The translations under genes were made by a program, and so were the position numbers. Below, piece by piece: positions 17,610 to 27,536 of a stretch of DNA of 32,798 nt (position 1 is the first letter of the stretch; every line of letters starts with the position of its first letter). The DNA is from Candidatus Methylomirabilia bacterium. GTDB lineage: Bacteria; Methylomirabilota; Methylomirabilia; Rokubacteriales; CSP1-6. Location of the stretch: NCBI GenBank assembly GCA_046758965.1, contig JBHIBG010000025.1, positions 1 to 32,798 of the forward strand, given 5' to 3'. The notes under the pieces are model-generated. The model did no database searches. It was not told the DNA's origin and was given only the letters and a program-made list of their open reading frames with translations.

Positions 17610-18074
17610 ATGCGTCGGGCGGATATTCTGTTTGCCCTGCTGCTGCTTGGGGCAGCGGGGTACACCATGTGGGAGTCAACCAAGCTCCCGATCGGCTGGA
17701 TCAGAGGAATGGGGCCGGGCGGGGGAGCGTTCCCCTTCTACGTGGCGGCCATCATGGCCCTCTCAAGCCTGATCATCATCGCTAGGGCCGCCAGGGGGGT
17801 CTCCCTCGCCCCTTTCTTCGTCGATCCCCAGGGTATGCGCACCGTCCTCAAAGCTGCAGCCCTGATCACCGGGACGGTGGCGGTGGTGTCCCTCGTGGGG
17901 ATCTACGGAGCCACGATCCTGCTCTTCCTCGTCTATATGCGCTGGCTCGGAAGGCACCGGTGGCCCCAGACGATCGCCGTGGGCCTGCTGATCACCAGCG
18001 CGCTCTTCCTTTTCTTTGAGCAGTTCCTGGTTGTCCCGCTGCCGAAGGGCCTGCTGGAACCCCTCTTCTATTAG
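17610..18074 (+). CDS. tctB: Tripartite tricarboxylate transporter small membrane subunit
   Basis: 4-5 TM helices, GPGGGAFP motif, C-terminal FEQFLVVPLPKG. Confidence 0.88.
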   Translation: MRRADILFALLLLGAAGYTMWESTKLPIGWIRGMGPGGGAFPFYVAAIMALSSLIIIARAARGVSLAPFFVDPQGMRTVLKAAALITGTVAVVSLVGIYGATILLFLVYMRWLGRHRWPQTIAVGLLITSALFLFFEQFLVVPLPKGLLEPLFY

Positions 18075-18098
18075 CCACGCCAGCATAGGGACACTTCC

Positions 18099-19640
18099 GT
18101 GGAAGGGATCCTAGCGGACCTCCTTGTCGGATTCCAGCAGGCCCTGACCGGCTATCACCTGATGATCGCCGCCATCGGCGTCGCGCTGGGGACGATGATC
18201 GGGGCGATGCCGGGCCTCGGACCGTCCAACGGAGTGGCGATTCTCCTTCCGGTCACCTTTATCATCCCTCCGAGCGCCGCGATCATCTTCGTGGCCGGCA
18301 TCTACTACGGGGCTTGCTACGGCGCGGCGATCTCTTCCATCCTGCTCGGCATTCCCGGGGCCTCTATTGCCGTTCCCACCACTTTTGATGGCCGGCCAAT
18401 GGCCTTGCAGGGGAGGGGGGCCCAGGCTCTCATCGCCGCCGCCACCAGCTCCTTCGTCGGGGGGACCGTGGGGATCATCCTGCTTACCCTGCTGGCAATG
18501 CCTTTAGCGGAGTTTGCCCTCAAGTTCGGCCCCCCGGAGAACTTCGCCATCATGATGCTGGCCTTCGCCACCTTCGTGGGTCTCGGGGGGAAGGATCCCT
18601 TCAAGACGCTCATCTCCATCTGTATCGGGCTCATTGTCAGTGCCGTCAGCCTCGATATCGTCAGCGGCCGGCCCAGGCTGATCTACGGGGACTGGCGCGT
18701 CTTCTACCACGGCATCGGTTTCCTGGTCGTAACGATCGGGGTCTTCGGCATCGGGGAGATCCTGGCCACGGTGGAGCAGAACCTCCGCTTCGAGATCACC
18801 CCCGTGAAGATCAGGCTCAGCCACTACTGGGAGACATTCAGGGAGCTAGCGAGGTACAAAGCTACGTTCATCCGCTCAGCCCTCTTCGGCTACTTCATCG
18901 GGGTGGTGCCGGCTGCCGGGGCCACTCCGGCTTCCTTCATGAGCTATGGTCTCACCAAGACCTTCGGCCGGGATCGGGAGAAGCTGGGCCAGGGAAGCGT
19001 CGAGGGGGTCGTGGCGCCGGAGACCGCCAACAACGCGGCCAGCACCGGAGCGTTCCTTCCCATGTTCACCATGGCCATTCCAGGTTCTCCGACTACCGCG
19101 GTGATCCTCGGCGCCCTGATGGTGTGGGGGTTGCGGCCAGGCCCCTTGCTCTTCACCGAGGAGCGGGAATTCGTCTGGGGGATGATCGCGAGCATGTACA
19201 CGGGGAACATCATGGCTGTCCTGCTCAACACCCTCTTTGTGCCGGTGTTCGTGGCCCTGCTCAGGACCCCGTTCACGATCATGGCGCCGCTGGTGGTCGT
19301 GTTGAGCCTCACCGGTGGCTTTGCCGCGGAACAGGCATTCGAAGATATCTGGTGGGTGCTGATCTTCGGCCTGATGGGGTACATGTTCAAGAAGCTCGAT
19401 TACCCGCCGGCCCCCATGATTCTGGCCCTGGTGCTCGGCAACATGACCGAGACTGCCCTCCGGCAGAGCCTGATCCTCTCCCATGGATCCCTGGCGATCT
19501 TCTTCACTCAGCCCATTGCGGCGGCGTTTATGACGATTTCCGTCCTCCTGGTCATGTACCCATTCCTCCGTCCCGCCCTCAAGCGGCTCTTCATCTCCAT
19601 CCGGCATGCGTCCTCGCCCGGGTCGGACTTATCCGGATAG
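18099..19640 (+). CDS. tctA: Tripartite tricarboxylate transporter large permease
   Basis: GAMPGLGP, ILLGIPG, FDGRPMALQG, LKFGPPE, APETANNA, IPGSPTTAV, GLRPGPLLF. Confidence 0.93.
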   Translation: MEGILADLLVGFQQALTGYHLMIAAIGVALGTMIGAMPGLGPSNGVAILLPVTFIIPPSAAIIFVAGIYYGACYGAAISSILLGIPGASIAVPTTFDGRPMALQGRGAQALIAAATSSFVGGTVGIILLTLLAMPLAEFALKFGPPENFAIMMLAFATFVGLGGKDPFKTLISICIGLIVSAVSLDIVSGRPRLIYGDWRVFYHGIGFLVVTIGVFGIGEILATVEQNLRFEITPVKIRLSHYWETFRELARYKATFIRSALFGYFIGVVPAAGATPASFMSYGLTKTFGRDREKLGQGSVEGVVAPETANNAASTGAFLPMFTMAIPGSPTTAVILGALMVWGLRPGPLLFTEEREFVWGMIASMYTGNIMAVLLNTLFVPVFVALLRTPFTIMAPLVVVLSLTGGFAAEQAFEDIWWVLIFGLMGYMFKKLDYPPAPMILALVLGNMTETALRQSLILSHGSLAIFFTQPIAAAFMTISVLLVMYPFLRPALKRLFISIRHASSPGSDLSG

Positions 19641-19733
19641 TGTCGCGGCTAGCGGCGCCAAACCCCGCCCGGTGTGGGGGGAGGGCGAGGTTCCAGCTCC
19701 GCTTGGCCGTTGCGGGGCGCCGGGCTTTCTGAG

Positions 19734-20729
19734 ATGACCGGCGAATTCATACAGGCTGTCCTGGTCTTCTTAGGCAGCGCAGCCCTGGTCATCTTTGGTG
19801 GCATCTACCTGGCGCGGTACGGCGACGCCCTGGCGGAGCTGACGGGCTGGGGACGCCTCTGGGTGGGTACCATCCTGGTCGCGGTGGCCACGTCCCTACC
19901 CGAGCTGGTCGTCAACATCTCCGCCGTACGAATCGACGCCCCGGAGCTGGCCATCGCCAACATCTTTGGGGCAAACATGGTCAACATGTTCACGCTGGCC
20001 ATGGTCGCTCTCGTCTTTGGCAGCCGGCGGTTTTTCAGCCGGCTCGCCCCTGAGCAGGCGATCCTGGCCGCCGTCGCGATTTTCCTCACCGGGACGGCCC
20101 TATTTCTAGGACTCTTTCCCCCGGGGGTGGCGATCCTTCACGTGGGCCTGGGCTCTTTTCTGGTGCTGGCGGCCTACCTGGGTGGGATGCGCCTGGTGTA
20201 TCTCCGTCGGCCTGCCGAGGCACCCACCGGAGACCATGCGTCGGTTCCGGAGCAGATGAGCGTGCGGCGGGCGTGGACCCTTTTTGGTCTGGCGTCTCTG
20301 GTGGTTGTGGCGGGCGGTTTCTTCCTGGCTTACAGTGCCGACCGTATCGCCGAGATTGCCGGCGTTTCGGGCAGCTTCGTGGGGGTGGTGTCGGTGGCCC
20401 TGGTGACCACCATGCCCGAGGCCACGGTGACGGTGGCCGCCATGCGGGCAGGAGCGGCGGACCTGGGGGTGGGCAACTTGTACGGGAGCTGCGTGTTCAA
20501 CGTGCTGGTGCTGGCCCTGGCAGACCCCTTCTACACCGGCGGGCCTTTGCTGGACACCATGGACAGCGCTCACGTCGTGGCAGCGCTGGTAGCTATTCTC
20601 GTGATGACCCTGGTCCTGGGTCAGGTATTGCTGCGGGGCCAGCGCCGCTGGGCCCCTGTCGCGCCCACCATGGTCGCCGTGGGGCTTATCTACCTCGGGG
20701 GGGTCTATGCCGTGTTCCGACTATCGTGA
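19734..20729 (+). CDS. Ca2+:cation (Na+/Ca2+) antiporter, CaCA/YrbG-like
   Basis: Duplicated alpha-repeats ATSLPEL...ANIFGAN and TTMPEA...GNLYGSCVFN; about 10 TM helices. Start reassigned to ATG 19734. Confidence 0.87.
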   Translation: MTGEFIQAVLVFLGSAALVIFGGIYLARYGDALAELTGWGRLWVGTILVAVATSLPELVVNISAVRIDAPELAIANIFGANMVNMFTLAMVALVFGSRRFFSRLAPEQAILAAVAIFLTGTALFLGLFPPGVAILHVGLGSFLVLAAYLGGMRLVYLRRPAEAPTGDHASVPEQMSVRRAWTLFGLASLVVVAGGFFLAYSADRIAEIAGVSGSFVGVVSVALVTTMPEATVTVAAMRAGAADLGVGNLYGSCVFNVLVLALADPFYTGGPLLDTMDSAHVVAALVAILVMTLVLGQVLLRGQRRWAPVAPTMVAVGLIYLGGVYAVFRLS

Positions 20730-20789
20730 GGCATCGGGGCGGGTTCGACACGCACCAGTTCGGGGCCACTGTGGGCGCTCGGGTGAGCC

Positions 20790-21575
20790 GTGACCTGGCC
20801 TGACGTCGAGCCGATCAAAAGCACCAGGATCTATGCGGAGATCGTCCGCCAGCTCCAGACGCTGATCTCTGAGGGAAAGCTCAAATCGGGGGATCGGCTT
20901 CCGCCCGAGCGGGACCTCGCCGACCGCTACAAGGTGAGCCGGGCCTCGGTGCGGGAGGCGATGCGGGCCCTGGAGAGTCTCGGGCTTATCGAGATCCGAG
21001 CGGGGGAGGGGACCTTCGTCAGGGAAGTGTCGGTGGAGGCCCTCATTCAGCCGCTCGCCCTCGTGATCCTGTCCCAACGGGCTGCCGCGGAGGAGCTGTT
21101 CGAAGCTCGCAGGATCCTCGAGCCCGCCATCGCGGGACTTGCCGCCCGCCGGGCGAGCCGGGATGAGATCCACGAGATGGAGCGGATCCTGGCGGAGCAG
21201 GCCCAGGAAGTGGCCAGGGGACACACGGGCGTGACCCAGGTCGCTGCCTTCCATGCCGCGCTCGCCAGCTCGGCGCATAACCGCGCCATCACCCGCCTGC
21301 TGCATGCCCTCCTGGACTTGCTCACCCAGAGCCGGCAGGAGTTCCTTCAGGCCCCCGGCCGCCCCACCCGCTCCCACCAGGATCATCGGCGGATCCTGGC
21401 GGCCATCAAGCGCCGGGACCAGAGCGGGGCCCAACGCGCCATGCTGGCCCACCTGACTGCGGTCGAAGAGCTCCTTGTCGGGAGGGAGGGCAGGGCGGGT
21501 CGCCCCGGTACGGCGTCCAGAAAGGAGAAAGGGCGCTCGTTGAAGGGCCACCAACTTCGGCTTGACAGGCCCTAG
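20790..21575 (+). CDS. FadR-subfamily GntR transcriptional regulator (PdhR/LldR/GlcC-like)
   Basis: GDRLPPERDLA...VSRASVREA...GEGTFV HTH plus FCD domain (EARRILEP, FH...AHN, DHRRI). Confidence 0.92.
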   Translation: MTWPDVEPIKSTRIYAEIVRQLQTLISEGKLKSGDRLPPERDLADRYKVSRASVREAMRALESLGLIEIRAGEGTFVREVSVEALIQPLALVILSQRAAAEELFEARRILEPAIAGLAARRASRDEIHEMERILAEQAQEVARGHTGVTQVAAFHAALASSAHNRAITRLLHALLDLLTQSRQEFLQAPGRPTRSHQDHRRILAAIKRRDQSGAQRAMLAHLTAVEELLVGREGRAGRPGTASRKEKGRSLKGHQLRLDRP

Positions 21576-21591
21576 GCGCGGCAATTAAAGT
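21562..21591 (+). promoter_or_regulatory. Candidate sigma70 promoter for the leader-ppdK transcript
   Basis: TTGACA (21562-21567, inside the end of the FadR gene), N18, TAAAGT (21586-21591), just before the leader RBS. Confidence 0.5.
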
Positions 21592-21619
21592 AGGGCCCGT
21601 GAGGAGACGGGAATTGATC

Positions 21620-21688
21620 ATGCGGATGCTTCTTCTGGGCTTGATTCTGCTGGTACTGCCGGGCTTGCCCGGAGCATCCGCGATCTAA
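21620..21688 (+). CDS. Putative branched-chain amino acid attenuator leader peptide MRMLLLGLILLVLPGLPGASAI (in-frame TTG at 21614 is an alternative start)
   Basis: GAGGAG RBS at 21601-21606. Codons 4-13 encode 7 Leu, 1 Ile and 1 Val, several using AT-richer codons (CTT, TTG, ATT, GTA). Double TAA stop. Overlaps alternative hairpins. Confidence 0.75.
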   Translation: MRMLLLGLILLVLPGLPGASAI

Positions 21689-21741
21689 TAACGACGCCGG
21701 ATGCCACGGGCAGGAGGAGGCCCGTGGCATTCGAAAGGCAT

Positions 21742-21779
21742 GAAGGGCCACGGGGAACCTCGTGGCCCTTTGATTTTTC
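21742..21779 (+). terminator. Intrinsic terminator of the attenuator
   Basis: Stem AAGGGCCACG (21743-21752)/CGTGGCCCTT (21761-21770) followed by TGATTTTTC and further T-rich sequence. Confidence 0.8.
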
Positions 21780-21851
21780 TGCCATTTTTCGCTTTGTTTT
21801 CAGACAGATCCGAGTGATCCTGGGAGGGTGCCCAGTCGGTGATGCCAGACG

Positions 21852-24626
21852 ATGCCTAAATACGTTTACTTCTTCGGGGGCGGAAGGGCGGAAGGGTCTA
21901 CCCGGATGCGGAACCTTCTGGGAGGCAAGGGGTGCGATCTCGCCGAGATGACCGCCCTCAAAATACCGGTTCCACCGGGTTTCACCATCAGCACCGAGGC
22001 ATGGGCAGCGTACGAGAAGGCGGAGAGGCAGTACCCGGCGGGGATCTGGAAGGAGACCCTCGAACACCTGGCTCGGCTGGAGAGGGCGACAGGGCTCCGG
22101 TTCGGCGATGCCGATCGACCCCTGCTGGTCTCGGTCCGATCGGGAGCGCGGATCTCCATGCCCGGGATGATGGAGACCATCCTCAACCTCGGTCTTAACG
22201 ACCAGACGGTGAGGGGGCTGGCAGGGTGGACCAAGAACGAGCGGTTTGCGTGGGACTGCTACCGTCGCTTTATTACTATGTTTGGCGGCGTTGTCCTCGG
22301 CCTCGAGCGCCGGGGATTTGAGCAGCTCCTAGACGAAGCCAAGGCGCGGCTCGGGGTCAAGACCGATGCCGAGCTGCCGGCAGACGCGCTCCGGGAGCTC
22401 GTGAGCCGGTACAAGGGGCTGATCGAGGAGCGGACACGCCGCCCGTTTCCTCAAGATCCAAAGGAGCAGCTCAAGCTCGCGATCAAGGCGGTCTTCGACT
22501 CCTGGTTCTCCAAGCGGGCGGGCGAGTACCGTCGCATCCATGGGATCCCCGGGAATTGGGGGACAGCGGTGACAGTGATGGCCATGGTCTTCGGGAACCT
22601 CGGGGAGACGTCGGGCACCGGGGTGGCCTTCACCCGCGACCCCTCAACCGGAGAGCGCCGGTTCTTCGGCGAGTTTCTCGTCAACGCACAAGGTGAGGAC
22701 GTGGTGGCGGGGATTCGCACGCCGGAGCCCATCTCAGCCCTCCAGACCCGAATGCCGAAGGTCTACGACCAGCTGCTCGATATTCAGGGCCGGTTGGAGA
22801 AGCACTACCGGGAGATGCAGGACCTGGAGTTCACCGTGCAGGAGGGGACGCTGTACCTCCTCCAGACGCGCTCGGGCAAGCGGACCGCCCCGGCCGCGGT
22901 GAGAATGGCTGCCGAGATGGTGAAGGAACGGCTGATCGACCGAGAGACGGCGCTCCTGCGCGTGGACCCGCGCTACCTCGACCAGCTTCTCCATCCGGTC
23001 TTCGACGGTACGCAACAGGCGCGCGCTGGTCGTGAAGGCAGGTTGCTCGCCAGGGGTCTCCCCGCCGCTCCCGGGGCCGCGGTCGGCAAGGCGGTCTTCG
23101 ATGCCGAGCGGGCCGTAGAGTGGGGGAAGCAAGGCGAGAGGGTGATCCTGGTTCGCGCGGAGACCTCGCCGGAGGACGTGGCGGGCATGCACGCCGCCGA
23201 CGGGATCCTGACCTCAAGGGGGGGGCTGACGTCCCATGCCGCTGTGGTGGCGCGCGGGATGGGGAAGTGCTGCGTTGTGGGAGCGGCGGACGTGGCGGTG
23301 GAAGAGGCAAAACGGGAGTTTCAGGTTGGGAGCCATCTGGTTCGCGAAGGGGATGTCATCTCGCTCGATGGCTCAACGGGCGAGGTGATCCTGGGGGCGG
23401 TCCCCACGAAGCCATCCGAGATCGTGCAGGTGCTGGAAACGAAGGTGAGCGCCGACGCTTCCCTGCTGTTCCAGGAGTTTGACGCGATCATGCGGTGGGC
23501 CGACGAGGTCCGGACCATTGGCGTCAGGGCGAATGCCGATACCCCAGCTGATGCGGAGAGAGCCCGGGGGTTCGGCGCCGAGGGGATCGGGCTCGCCCGC
23601 ACCGAGCACATGTTCTTCAAGCCAGAGCGGGTGCCCATCGTTCGCGAGATGATCATGGCGGCGGACGCCGAGACGCGCCGGAAGGCGCTGGAAGAGCTTC
23701 TCCCCATGCAGCGGGAGGACTTCATCGGGATCTTCAGGGCGATGGCCGGCCAGCCGGTGACCGTCCGGCTGCTGGACCCCCCGCTCCACGAATTTCTCCC
23801 GCACGTGGAGGAACTCCTCGAGGAGCATACCCGGCTCGTGGCTCTGGGAGAGAAGCCAGAGCGAGTCAAGACCCTCGAGGAGCTCATCGCCAAGGTTCGC
23901 TCGCTCCGGGAGTTCAACCCCATGCTGGGCCATCGCGGCTGCCGCCTGGGGATCACCTTCCCCGAGGTCTACGAGATGCAGCTGCGGGCTATTTTCGAGG
24001 CCGCCTGTGCACTCGCCAAGGAGGGCGTGGCCGTCCATCCGGAGGTGATGATCCCGCTGACCGGCACCGTGGGAGAGATGAAGCTCACGCGGGAGCTGGC
24101 GGTGCGCATGGCCGAGCAGGTCATGGGGGAGACCGGCGTGCGGGTCCCGTACCTGGTGGGGACGATGATCGAAGTGCCGCGGGCAGCGCTCGTGGCGGAT
24201 CAGATTGCCCGGGAGGCGGAGTTTTTCTCCTTCGGCACCAACGACCTGACCCAGATGACCTTCGGGTACAGCCGGGATGATATCGGGAAGTTCCTTCCAT
24301 TCTATCTGGACAGAGAGCTTCTCCCGCACGATCCGTTCTCGGTGCTGGACCAGGAAGGGGTCGGCGACCTGGTTCGCATCGGGATCGAGCGGGGACGCAA
24401 GACCCGGCCCGATCTCAAGATCGGGATCTGCGGAGAGCATGGGGGCGAACCCGCCTCAGTCGAGTTCTGTCACCGGGTCGGCATGACCTATGTCTCCTGT
24501 TCTCCGTTCATGATCCCTGTTGCGAGGCTGGCGGCCGCCCACGCCCGGATCAAAGAGGCGCCGGGCGCAAGGGCCAGACCGAGAAGTGGCAGGCGGCGGG
24601 CAGCCACCGGAGTCAAGAATGCTTAG
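21852..24626 (+). CDS. ppdK: Pyruvate, phosphate dikinase
   Basis: LLGGKG, PVPPGFTI, LLVSVRSGA.SMPGMM, GGLTSHAAVVARG (phospho-His), GIGLARTEHMF, EFFSFGTNDLTQ, GICGEHGG. Confidence 0.97.
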   Translation: MPKYVYFFGGGRAEGSTRMRNLLGGKGCDLAEMTALKIPVPPGFTISTEAWAAYEKAERQYPAGIWKETLEHLARLERATGLRFGDADRPLLVSVRSGARISMPGMMETILNLGLNDQTVRGLAGWTKNERFAWDCYRRFITMFGGVVLGLERRGFEQLLDEAKARLGVKTDAELPADALRELVSRYKGLIEERTRRPFPQDPKEQLKLAIKAVFDSWFSKRAGEYRRIHGIPGNWGTAVTVMAMVFGNLGETSGTGVAFTRDPSTGERRFFGEFLVNAQGEDVVAGIRTPEPISALQTRMPKVYDQLLDIQGRLEKHYREMQDLEFTVQEGTLYLLQTRSGKRTAPAAVRMAAEMVKERLIDRETALLRVDPRYLDQLLHPVFDGTQQARAGREGRLLARGLPAAPGAAVGKAVFDAERAVEWGKQGERVILVRAETSPEDVAGMHAADGILTSRGGLTSHAAVVARGMGKCCVVGAADVAVEEAKREFQVGSHLVREGDVISLDGSTGEVILGAVPTKPSEIVQVLETKVSADASLLFQEFDAIMRWADEVRTIGVRANADTPADAERARGFGAEGIGLARTEHMFFKPERVPIVREMIMAADAETRRKALEELLPMQREDFIGIFRAMAGQPVTVRLLDPPLHEFLPHVEELLEEHTRLVALGEKPERVKTLEELIAKVRSLREFNPMLGHRGCRLGITFPEVYEMQLRAIFEAACALAKEGVAVHPEVMIPLTGTVGEMKLTRELAVRMAEQVMGETGVRVPYLVGTMIEVPRAALVADQIAREAEFFSFGTNDLTQMTFGYSRDDIGKFLPFYLDRELLPHDPFSVLDQEGVGDLVRIGIERGRKTRPDLKIGICGEHGGEPASVEFCHRVGMTYVSCSPFMIPVARLAAAHARIKEAPGARARPRSGRRRAATGVKNA

Positions 24627-25506
24627 CCTGGAAGGCGTCTTTATCCCTGTCCCGACTCCGTTTTGGGGAGATCAGGTTTCCGTTGAACGGCTCAAGGCCA
24701 ACCTCGATCGGTGGAACCGGACCAACCTTGCGGGGTACGTGGTGCTCGGCTCGACCGGTGAGTTCCCGCTCCTCAGCGAGGAGGAGCGGGAGCGGGTGCT
24801 GGAGGCGGCCCGGCAAGCCGTTCCGGAGGGGAAAATGCTCATCGCGGGCACCGGAGCCGAGTCGACCCAGGCGACCATCCTGCGGACCAGGCGGGCTGCC
24901 GAGATCGGGGCTGGTGTGGCCATCGTGATCACTCCCCACTACTACAAGAAGGGGCTCTCCCAGCCGGGCGCCCAGATCCGGCATTACCTGGCGGTGGCTG
25001 ATGCCTCGCCGATCCCGGTCATGCTCTACAACTTCCCTTTGAACACCGGGATCAACCTGGAGCCGGAGACCGTCGCGCGCATCGCCGAACATCCCAACGT
25101 CTGCGGGATGAAGGATTCTTCTGGGAACGTCCCGCAGGCGGGCCAGATTATCCACCAGACGCCCAAGTCGTTTCACCTGCTGGTTGGGGCCTGCGCGGCT
25201 CTCCTCCCCGCCCTTGCGATCGGCGCCTCGGGCGGGATCCTGGCCCTGGCCAACATCGCCTCTCAGGAGCACTGCGAGATCTATGCCCTCGCCCGGCAGG
25301 GGCGGTGGGACGAGGCGCGGGAGATTGTCTACCGGCTCATGTCCGTGGATCGGGGCGTGTATGCCTCCTACGGCATCGGCGGGATCAAAGCGGCCTTGGA
25401 CCTTCAGGGCTTTTACGGGGGGCCTTGCCGGGCGCCTCTCGGCGTTCCCGACGGCGGCGCCATCGAGGAGATCAGGGAGGTCCTGGCCACCGCCGGGCTT
25501 CTGTAG
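24619..25506 (+). CDS. DHDPS/NAL-family class I aldolase (4-hydroxy-2-oxoglutarate aldolase-like)
   Basis: PTPF, LGSTGEF, IAGTG, TPHYY, LYNFP..TG, GMKDSSG (Schiff-base Lys). ATG 24619 overlaps the end of ppdK. Confidence 0.85.
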   Translation: MLSLEGVFIPVPTPFWGDQVSVERLKANLDRWNRTNLAGYVVLGSTGEFPLLSEEERERVLEAARQAVPEGKMLIAGTGAESTQATILRTRRAAEIGAGVAIVITPHYYKKGLSQPGAQIRHYLAVADASPIPVMLYNFPLNTGINLEPETVARIAEHPNVCGMKDSSGNVPQAGQIIHQTPKSFHLLVGACAALLPALAIGASGGILALANIASQEHCEIYALARQGRWDEAREIVYRLMSVDRGVYASYGIGGIKAALDLQGFYGGPCRAPLGVPDGGAIEEIREVLATAGLL

Positions 25507-25512
25507 CACAAT

Positions 25513-25751
25513 TCGGGCGCCGGCTTTGCCGGTGCACCTTGGGGGGGGTCGGCACGCGGAGCAGCCTCGCTCAGGCGAGGCTGCGCAGAGCGCGAGCCGC
25601 AGGCGAGTGGAGGGGGCCAAGCCCCCGTCCGAGGAAGTCAAGGAGCTCCTGGCGCCACAGGGCTTGATATAGTGCGGGGGTCGAGCGCGGGCTTTGCCCG
25701 CGTCCCCTAAGGGGGGAGGTTCGGCAGGGGGGCGCAGCCCCCCTCCGAGGA
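25513..25751 (+). repeat. Two copies (25513-25635, 25681-25751) of a REP-like composite hairpin repeat
   Basis: Shared layout: TCGRGCGCSGGC-TTT-GCCSGYG, a G run, TCGGCA, GGGGGC-nna-GCCCCC, TCCGAGGA. Copy 1 carries an insertion with a perfect 10-bp hairpin (25561-25584). Confidence 0.65.
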
Positions 25752-25771
25752 GATCAGAAGGAGGCGAGGCG

Positions 25772-27526
25772 GTGAAACTCTCAGGCGCACGAATCTTCTT
25801 GGAGTGCCTCAAACGTGAAGGAGTCGAGGTGATCTTCGGGCTGCCAGGCGGGGCGGTTCTGCCCGTCTACGACGCCCTCTATGACTTTCAGGGTTTCAAG
25901 CACATCCTGGTGCGCCAGGAAGCTGCGGCGGGGCACGCCGCAGGGGGGTATTCCCGGACGACCGGGAAGACGGGGGTGGCCCTCGTGACCTCCGGGCCGG
26001 CCGCGACCAACCTGGTCACCGCGCTCCAGGACGCCTATATGGACTCGATTCCGATTGTGGCCTTCACCGGTCAGGTCCCCACCCACCTCATCGGCAACGA
26101 CGCCTTCCAGGAGGCGGACAACGTGGGGATTACCCGCCCCTGCACGAAGCACAACTTCCTGGTGAAGGATGGCGCGGCGATGGCCACGATCATCCGGGAG
26201 GCCTTCCACATTGCCTCCACTGGCCGGCCAGGCCCGGTCCACGTGGATCTGCCCAAGGATATCCTGGTCAAGGAGTGGGAGTTCCGCTATCCGGAAAAAG
26301 TCTACGTGCGCAGCTACAACCCCACCTACGAGGGGCATCCGGGACAGATCAAGAAGGCAGCGAAGGCGATGCTCCGGGCCAGGCGGCCGGTCCTCTATGT
26401 CGGCGGTGGCGTCATCTCCTCGGATGCGCACAACGTGCTCCTGAGGCTCGCTGAGCTGACACAGATCCCCGTTACCACGACCCTGATGGGGCTCGGCGCC
26501 TTCCCCTCGGAGCACCCGCTGTCACTGGCGATGCTGGGGATGCACGGGACCTATTACGCCAACATGGCCGTGCACAACTCGGACTGTCTGATCGCGGTGG
26601 GGGCGCGCTTCGACGACCGGGTGACGGGGAAGATCGAGCTGTTCGCTCCCCACGCGGAGATCATCCATATCGACATCGATCCCTCGTCGATCTCCAAGAA
26701 TGTTCAGGTGCACATTCCGATCGTCGGCGATGCCCGTCGGGTGCTTGCCAAGCTCGCCGAGGCCGTGAAAGCCGAGATGCCTGAGGACCTCCCATCGGTC
26801 ACCCGGGAGGCCCGGAAGGCATGGCAGGCCCAGATCGCCGAGTGGAAGGCCCGCTACCCGCTCCGGTACGACCGGGACGACGAGGTGATCAAGCCCCAGT
26901 ACGTCATCCAGGAAATCTCGAACCTGACCCAGGGGGAGGCGCTCATCGTTACGGGCGTCGGGCAACACCAGATGTGGGCGGCCCAGTACTACAAGTTCAA
27001 ACACCCGCGGCGCTGGTGCACCTCCGGGGGTCTCGGGACCATGGGGTACGGGCTCCCCACCGCCCTCGGGGTGCAGGCGGCGCATCCGGACAAGCTCGTG
27101 GTCAATATCGACGGGGACGGCAGCTTCGTGATGAACGGCCAGGAGCTGGCCACCTGCTTCGAATTCCAGCTGCCGGTGAAGACCGTGATCATCAACAACG
27201 GCTATCACGGCATGGTGCGCCAGTGGCAGGAGATCATCTACAAAGAGCGGTACTGCGCCGTCGACCTCTCCGCCAGCCCGGACTTCGTGAAGCTGGCCGA
27301 GGCGTACGGCTGCGTGGGGATTCGCGCCACTAAGCCTAGCGAGGTCGTGTCGGCCCTGGAGAAGGCGTTTGCCACCCCTGGCCCGGTGGTGGTGGACGTC
27401 ATGGTGGACCGCCAGGAAGACGTGTTCCCGATGGTGCCAGCCGGCGGGGCCAACAAAGATATGATCCTGGAACGGCCGAGCTCGGTGCTCAGGGAGAAGG
27501 CGGCCAAGGCGCAGAGCGGATTCTAA
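25772..27526 (+). CDS. ilvB: Acetolactate synthase large subunit, biosynthetic
   Basis: [89 protein letters not shown] before GTG 25772. Confidence 0.96.
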   Translation: MKLSGARIFLECLKREGVEVIFGLPGGAVLPVYDALYDFQGFKHILVRQEAAAGHAAGGYSRTTGKTGVALVTSGPAATNLVTALQDAYMDSIPIVAFTGQVPTHLIGNDAFQEADNVGITRPCTKHNFLVKDGAAMATIIREAFHIASTGRPGPVHVDLPKDILVKEWEFRYPEKVYVRSYNPTYEGHPGQIKKAAKAMLRARRPVLYVGGGVISSDAHNVLLRLAELTQIPVTTTLMGLGAFPSEHPLSLAMLGMHGTYYANMAVHNSDCLIAVGARFDDRVTGKIELFAPHAEIIHIDIDPSSISKNVQVHIPIVGDARRVLAKLAEAVKAEMPEDLPSVTREARKAWQAQIAEWKARYPLRYDRDDEVIKPQYVIQEISNLTQGEALIVTGVGQHQMWAAQYYKFKHPRRWCTSGGLGTMGYGLPTALGVQAAHPDKLVVNIDGDGSFVMNGQELATCFEFQLPVKTVIINNGYHGMVRQWQEIIYKERYCAVDLSASPDFVKLAEAYGCVGIRATKPSEVVSALEKAFATPGPVVVDVMVDRQEDVFPMVPAGGANKDMILERPSSVLREKAAKAQSGF

Positions 27527-27536
27527 ATCGAGGATT

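Noticed and set aside
21620..21688. Leader ORF read as the signal-peptide remnant of a secreted protein (hydrophobic core ending in ASA)
   Set aside because: No continuation of a mature protein is visible, and the ORF is interlocked with complementary helices and a terminator. An attenuator explains it better, though the alternative is not fully excluded.
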